Shown here: in pieces, positions 57,301 to 64,000 of the stretch
How positions within the stretch are numbered: position 1 is the stretch's first letter
How the letters are laid out: each line of letters opens with the position of its first letter
NCBI GenBank assembly: GCA_964016885.1
Contig: OZ024742.1
Location: 22,196,001-22,260,000 of the forward strand
Length of the DNA stretch: 64,000 nucleotides
Direction: 5' to 3'
Source: Eledone cirrhosa
Lineage: Eukaryota
The notes under the pieces: model-generated
Told to the model about the DNA's origin: nothing
What the model saw: only the letters and a program-made list of their open reading frames with translations
Database searches by the model: none
Translations under genes and position numbers: made by a program

Positions 57301-57472
57301 ATATCCAATTGTTGCCTTTCCATTTTAGAGACGTATGCTGAATTAGTTGCTCAACTGTATAGGAGATTATTAAAATTTCAAGTTATCAATAATGTAGTGA
57401 TAATATATCGTCACGTTAGAGATGAACAGCGTACGTGTAGGTTTGCTCAACGAGTATAAATTATATTCCAGA
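54397..57472 (-). mobile_element. PLE segment C, near full length, frameshifted (ATG at 57323, stop near 55041)
   Basis: MERQQLDMSLKNIP..., ADKT, QFDIDEYYSSI, MGSNDSAEVTDLVG, GLYRDD, then GIY-YIG. Partial 5' pLTR at 57373-57472. Confidence 0.95.
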
Positions 57473-57475
57473 GAA

Positions 57476-58906
57476 AAACATCACATAAATATAATAAAAT
57501 CTTAAACCCTAACACTATTCGACTTTCATATTCAACCGCCCCTAATATTGAACAACATATAAAAAAGCTTAACGCAAAACGGTTGTATAAACGCCTTCCA
57601 ACACATAACAATACACGTAAAACATCGGCTATAACATCACAAAACAACAAACAACATCCCGTCCTGCCTAAGCAACCTCATCAACCCATCCATGGTAATA
57701 CAACAACGCATAATTATAACTGTAACTGTGTCCAACCAGGAATGTGTCCGTTGAACAATCAGTGTCTTGAACACAACATCATATACGAATGTACTATCGA
57801 ATCGGGTAACCAGAAGTGGTACTATGTGGGGTCTACAGCTACCTCCTTCAAATCTCGCCTTTATAGACATCGTTACTCGATAAAACATGAAAACCAGCGT
57901 TATGTAACAACACTCGCAGACAAGGCTTGGCAGCTGCGCGAAAATAACCAACAATTTAACCTAAAATGGGATATAATAGCAGCTGTCCCTGCATATTTCC
58001 AAGGACAGGAATTTTGTAAATTGTGTAAATGGAAATATTTTGTATTATGAAATCCAAAAATATTTTATTAAATAACAGAAAAGAGCGATCGTTATACTGT
58101 AACCATCGCTTGAAATCTACATTTTCATATTACAAACGCTACCAGGATTGAACACCTGTCTCCATCTCCGTTTGATTGTCAAAATACATATTAACATTCT
58201 CTATTACTCTTAATTCTCTCAACTCTTCTATTCTTTACCATTTAATATAAACTGCTATAGATAAAATGAGATTTCTTAATTCAATTCCCTAATGAATATA
58301 CCAGCAGGCTACCAGCATTGTTGTTATACAGTAGCAGTGAAAATCTCTCTCTTCCTTACTTGACACTTTATATCTGCATTAATACTACTACACCAAACGA
58401 CGAGCCCTGTCCATTGTTCAACTGGTCAAATATAGATTAAAATAGGCACTCCCAAAAATTCTTATTTAGATAAAATAAGCTATATACTCATTGTATTCTC
58501 ATTAAAAACCTTCTATATACTTGTTTACCAGCAAATTGAATTGCCATCTGTCATACTATCCCTTCTCTTCTTCCTTTCTTACAACTAATATAAATACTTT
58601 GATTTTTCTGATTTTTTCCAATTTATCCAATATCTCTGAAGAAGTGACAACTGATTATACATTTGGTATCGAATACTTGCTAACATTATATGATTACGCA
58701 AGCAGCGATACATAGGTATTCCGTCTGTTACAGAAAGATATGTCAATACCTAATAAATTCCTATAGAAAAGCACTTTCATTTTATATTCATCTTTTCTAC
58801 ATTTTCTCCGGAATATAAATTATACTCGTTGAGCAAACCTACACGTACGCTGTTCATCTCTAATGTGACGATATATTATCACTACATTATAGATAACTTG
58901 AAATTT
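57476..58906 (+). mobile_element. PLE segment D (GIY-YIG plus pLTR)
   Basis: ORF 57583-58050; colinear with 52958-54388. Confidence 0.95.
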
Positions 58907-58954
58907 ATATATATATATACGTATATGTATTGTACATATACACATGTATTGTAC

Positions 58955-59020
<66 letters not shown>

Positions 59021-59033
59021 TAGAGAGAGAGAG

Positions 59034-59142
59034 AGAAATGGCTTCTACAGGACAAGAACTGTTTCATTTAAAAAAAATTCACCTGGCTTTCCCGATGATT
59101 CCTTTTGAATGAAACAGTTCTAGTCTTGAAGAAGTCATTTCT
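59034..59142. repeat. Imperfect 40-bp inverted repeat (MITE-like or structured RNA)
   Basis: AGAAATGGCTTCTACAGGACAAGAACTGTTTCATTTAAAA versus TTTTGAATGAAACAGTTCTAGTCTTGAAGAAGTCATTTCT. Confidence 0.7.
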
Positions 59143-59859
59143 ATATTAAACATGATGTTTACACTGTACTAATCTGTGGTTAACCCAGATTGAACCCGGC
59201 ACACACACATATATATATATATACACACAAATATATATATTGTTTATATTGAATGGTTTATCTCACAGGTGGCTGGGTTTGTGATCCTGTCACTCCAATT
59301 AGCAGGTGAGAATGCAATAAGCAAAAGCAGTCAACATTGTGTCTATCTTCCATCATAGCTGTGGTATATCATTGTTAGTACAGGAAGTTAAATACTTCAA
59401 TGTGAAAAATAAGCTGGCCAGATTCCAATATCATATTTTAATGTTACATAATTACATTATACATATTTTTGTGGCTTGCTTACATCATCAGACTATGGTG
59501 TAAGACAATTGATGATGTCATCATATATTATGAACTTAAAAGATTTAGTTAAGTAATTCTTACTGGGTTACAGCAATCTACAAAGAATTGATGCTGGGAC
59601 AGTCTGGCTGATGATGCCATCACTATGATGGACTGTCTGATAACATAAACCAGCCACAGAAATATGTATTATTTTATGCAACATTAAAGGAAGATATTGG
59701 AACCTGGCATTCTAATATATTCATTGAAATATGTCAAAGGTGATGACATAGGACCGTCATCTCTGGCACTATGCAGTAATACGGAAGACTTGACTTCCCA
59801 TGTGCAGGGGCTGAGGCATACATCTAGTATGCTTCATCTTACCTCCCCTCACCACTCCC

Positions 59860-60354
59860 AAACACCACCCATGTTGTAATCACACCACCCACATCGTCAC
59901 ACCCCACCCTTAGATCAACTTCCCCAATCCCATGCATTTCCCCCACCCAATCCCCAATCCACAATATAAAGTGATCATCTTGGTGCCACAACTATGAGTG
60001 CCCAGGTCACACTGTAAAGTGGTCATATAGTTATCATGACAAAAATGCCCAGCCCTCACTGTAAAGTGGATATGTTGGTGACACGAGATAAAGTGCACAG
60101 CCCACACTGTAAAGTGGTCATATAGGCGCCCAGTCCAAAGAGTAACATGGTTGTGTAGGTGTTTGGGCAAAAAGCACCCAGTACACACTGTGAATGTGGT
60201 TGTCATTAGTAAGGGCATCCAGCTATAGAAACCAAGCCAAAATCTGTTCTGTGTGAACAAAACATGGTCTTTTGATCTGGTTTGTCTCACAACAGCACAG
60301 CTCATCTAACCCATGCTAGCATGGAAAATGGATATTAAAAGATGATGATGATGA
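59860..60354 (+). mobile_element. Old RTE 3'UTR with repeated CACTGTAAAGTGG units
   Basis: AAGGGCATCCAGCT..CCATGCTAGCATGGAAAATGGA and a (GAT)n tail. Confidence 0.8.
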
Positions 60355-60811
60355 TATATATATATATATCACTGTTTTGATGTCTACTTTATATTTATAT
60401 ATATATGTACTTTATGTACATGTATGCATGTATATGTTTGTATGCATGTATGCCTGTGTGATATCATTCAATAAAGATGATATTCAACTGTAGATTCAAG
60501 TTATATTTCATTGTGAAACTTTACATTTATTTGATTAAAATAAAGATTATGTCTTGTTTACCTCTACTGCTATCTCTTTGATATTGTATCATTTGATAAC
60601 TTGATATTGCTAAATGTATATCAGTCGCAGACTATTCACAATGGACTGTGTGCATTTTATATATTGTGAGTGAATGGGACAATATCATCATCATCATCGA
60701 TATATATATATTGATATATATGTATGTAAAAGTTAGACAGAAATAACAAAACAAACAGCACAGTACATGGAAGAAATATATTAGTTTAATACTTGAAATA
60801 GCAGGAAGAGA

Positions 60812-60850
60812 GTGTTAACGTTTCAGACACTAATCCTTCATCAGAAGATA
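60812..60850 (-). ncRNA. Degenerate minimal HHR in a pLTR-like fragment (about 60725-60935)
   Basis: Minus strand TT-CTGATGA-AGGA-ttagtg-TCT-GAA-ACGT-T-AA. Stem I is weak. Confidence 0.5.
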
Positions 60851-61035
60851 GAGATAGAAATCGAAGATAAATAGAAAGTAAGGAGTGATAAGAGGTAGGA
60901 AGTGGGAAAATGAGGAAAAGAAATGGGGGAGACAAACACTTATAGAATATTGCCTCAAAAATTCCCAGCTAACCTATACCAGCATGGAAAATCCAATATA
61001 AGAACCAGGATATTATACATACATATATACATTTA

Positions 61036-61936
61036 TCAGAGAGCTTATACCGCTGTTGGCCACAAAAGGTTTCTCTCTAAAAATGAAAGGCAGATTGTAT
61101 ATGCCTGTATACGAACAGCAATGCTACATGGCAGTGAGACATGAGCATTACGTGCAAAGGACCTGCGCAGACTGGAAAGGAACAAAGCATGCAAGCTCTA
61201 TTGGATGTGTAATAGTAATATACGCGAACGGCAAAACATAAATGAACTAAGTGAGAAATTAGGAATAAGAGGGATCAGATGCTGTTTACTTGAGTGAAGA
61301 CTACGTTGGTATGGCCACGTGATGCGCATGAAAGATGACAGCTGTATAAAAAAGTGCAGGGCGATCAAAATTGATGGTAGTTACGGAGTAGGTAGACCCA
61401 GAAAAACCTGGGACAATCTGATAAATTCTGACCTTACACACTTGCACCTCTCTAAGACAATGTCACTGGACCGAGATATTTGGGTTACGCAGTAATACAG
61501 AAGACCCGCCTTGCCTAAGTACAAAGCGAAACGTACAGTCAGTAGGCACCTCTTAACCAAATATACACCCCAATCCACTACCCCTACCCTATCCTCCAAC
61601 TCCCACCAACACCACCCTCTCTCTCTGTAAAGTTGGTACCACAACAACCAGTCCAAATAAATGAGATAATGAGATCGAGATCGTGTAGGCGTCGCGATAA
61701 AAAAAAACACAGTCCACGCTGTAATGTGGTTGTGTAGGTAACACGGTAAAAAGTTCCCAGTTCCACACTGTAAATGTGGTTGGTGTTAGGAAGGGCATCC
61801 AGCCGTAGAAAGCCTGCCAGATAGTCCTATATGAGCGAGACACGGTCACTCGACCAACCTTGCCTCAAGTGGGACAACTCCCGTCTAACCCATGCTAGCG
61901 TGGAAGATGGAAGTTAAACGAAGATGATGATGATGA
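61036..61936 (+). mobile_element. RTE 3' fragment, degenerate
   Basis: [17 protein letters not shown], 3'UTR and tail. Confidence 0.9.
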
Positions 61937-61972
61937 TATACATTTATGTAAATATATATATATATATATATA

Positions 61973-62780
61973 TTTGTGAAACATGTTTAAATTTTGAAGT
62001 TCGGACTGATCTGCGGAAAAAGTTTGAATTTTGAAATTTAAACTTGTCTAGGTACCAAGGCCTTTTGCCGATATGTGTTTGTGAGTATTGATTTATTATT
62101 TTTTAGATCGACACAGGCAGACTATATGTATTTGAATTAAGATATTTCATTCTAGCTATTTTATTGTCAATTACAATAAAAACACGTAAGTGTTTATCAT
62201 ATATTAATTTATACTGCTCAGAAATGTTTCTTAGAGCTAAAATAATTGTAAATGACCCCATTGAGTGTAAACTCTAAATTATATTATATTACTGCTCCCT
62301 CAGTTGAGCTGAATTCGTAATCCCATATAAACGGCTGTTATTTCTAGCACTATGAGTATGGGAGGCTAGAGGACTGGAATAATTCGTGTGCAAAACCTCG
62401 TGTATTTTCGCTACGTTAACCAGACCTTAGATATTTTTCCGAGGTGAAGTTACTTAATTTTTCTGGGTACCTATTGATAAACACAGACAATTAATTATTT
62501 CACTACTAATTAATTAATTATTTCACTATTATACCATCCTTTGTGAAACATGTTTAAATTTTGAAGTTCGGACTGATCTGCGGAAAAAGTTTGAATTTTG
62601 AAATTTAAACTTGTCTAGGTACCAAGGCCTTTTGCCGATATGTGTTTGTGAGTATTGATTTATTATTTTTTAGATCGACACAGGTAGACTATATGTATTT
62701 GAATTAAGATATTTCATTCTAGCTATTTTATTGTCAATTACAATAAAAACACGTAAGTCTTTATCATATATTAATTTATA
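61973..62780. mobile_element. Family G element: 567-bp monomer x1.4 (about 240-bp direct repeats) in (TA)n
   Basis: 61973-62213 is repeated at 62540-62780 with about 2 mismatches. Confidence 0.85.
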
Positions 62781-62886
62781 TATATATATATGAATTTTGT
62801 ATATCTAATGATCCCTAGCTTGTTAGGGTGTGTTTACGAATAAACACTTGGAAATCCTTATATATATATATATATCTCATGGTTTT

Positions 62887-62952
<66 letters not shown>

Positions 62953-62957
<5 letters not shown>

Positions 62958-63170
62958 TGTTTATATTGACACATTGCCTTGCAATCCTGAACATTTCACA
63001 TTTTTGGTCCTCGCCTTGTAGAACATGTTTGAACTTTCTATCCTCTGCTTCCCTTCTTACAGTCCTATACAAGCGAGACACGGCCGCCCGATCAATCTTG
63101 CCTCAAGTGGAACAATTCCCCTCTAATTCCCCTCTAACCCATGCTAGCGTGAATGATAGAGGTTAAACGA

Positions 63171-63173
<3 letters not shown>
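62953..63173. mobile_element. RTE with inversion: minus-strand ORF piece joined to a plus-strand 3' end
   Basis: 62953-63058 encodes RREAEDRKFKHVLQ on the minus strand. 63059-63173 is the 3' terminus on the plus strand. Confidence 0.75.
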
Positions 63174-63251
<78 letters not shown>

Positions 63252-63267
63252 TATATATATATATATG

Positions 63268-63610
63268 TTAGGTAATTCCGAAAGAAAAGCAAAGGAAAAA
63301 AGAGTGCTCTATGTATAGAACAGAGCTATTTAATTGGGAAGTGAACAACACAATATATAACTACTCCATTACCAAAGGTTTCTGGATCACAGACGATAAC
63401 AATAACAATATAATATACATCTGGATCAGTCGTCAGGCAAAGATGTTATAGATAAAAGATATGATTTTAAATCTCATTTCAACATCTTTTATCTTTAATA
63501 TATCTGTCTGACGACCGATCCAGATGTATATTATATCATTATCGTCTGTGATCCAGAAACCTTTGGTAATGCAGTAGTTGTATTTTGTATTATTCACTTT
63601 CTAATTAAAT
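63268..63610. mobile_element. Older fold-back pLTR-like element with HHR-like core
   Basis: About 63328-63460 is inverted at about 63484-63610 (diverged). CTGACGA-c.GATCCAGATG...CGTCTGTGATCCA-GAAACCTTTGGTA at 63508-63568. GAGTGCTCTATGTA is shared with 48816-48829. Confidence 0.75.
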
Positions 63611-64000
63611 ATATATATATTTCGTTTCTGAATTTGTTTAGCAAGATTCTTTATCTGAAAACGTGTGTTGAAACTGATATTGTTATGCTTTTGGAGGGTC
63701 ATGTTGCCAATAAGAAAAACACGCACCAGTTGCTTTCATCCAATTTATTATAAATTAAATTTATAAATTTAAGAATTTATAAATTTCTGGTTGGTTGGTT
63801 GGTTCCATAACTGGACGGTTGTTCATATATTATCAAAGTTCTTTCGTCACACATTCTGTAACCTCTTCAGTGACTGGGGATTCTTTTCTTTGTTTTTGTG
63901 CCTCTCCTTTGTTTTGTCCTACGCCATCTTGTTTTTATATATATATATCCTCCTCCTCCTCCTCATCATCATCATCATCATCACCGTTTAATGTCCATTT

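Overview
An AT-rich, microsatellite-saturated animal genomic window with no recognisable host exon. The repeat complement suggests an octopus or other coleoid cephalopod; that is an inference. Most ORF calls are translations of (TA)n, (CAC)n or (CTT)n and are not genes. The real content falls into four groups. (1) Many RTE-clade LINE copies, one nearly full length, with a PHD-type C4HC3 finger inside the RT region. (2) tRNA-derived SINEs, one family carrying the RTE 3' tail. (3) Helitron and DNA-transposon remnants. (4) A 7-kb zig-zag (-/+/-/+) array of a GIY-YIG Penelope-like element (PLE). The most interesting layer is a set of about ten short, non-coding, mostly unrelated elements, nearly all sitting in (TA)n. 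Most carry hammerhead ribozyme (HHR) or HHR-like cores and are built as fold-back palindromes and/or partial tandem (circularly permuted) monomers. The clearest is a perfect 413-bp-arm palindrome at 42859-43695. It has a canonical minimal HHR, and its turn lies exactly on a hairpin encoded inside its own 466-bp monomer. Together these look like a PLE-mobilised, retrozyme-like system with hairpin-primed second-strand synthesis, including non-canonical ribozyme variants. All folds were read by eye and no ribozyme activity is shown.
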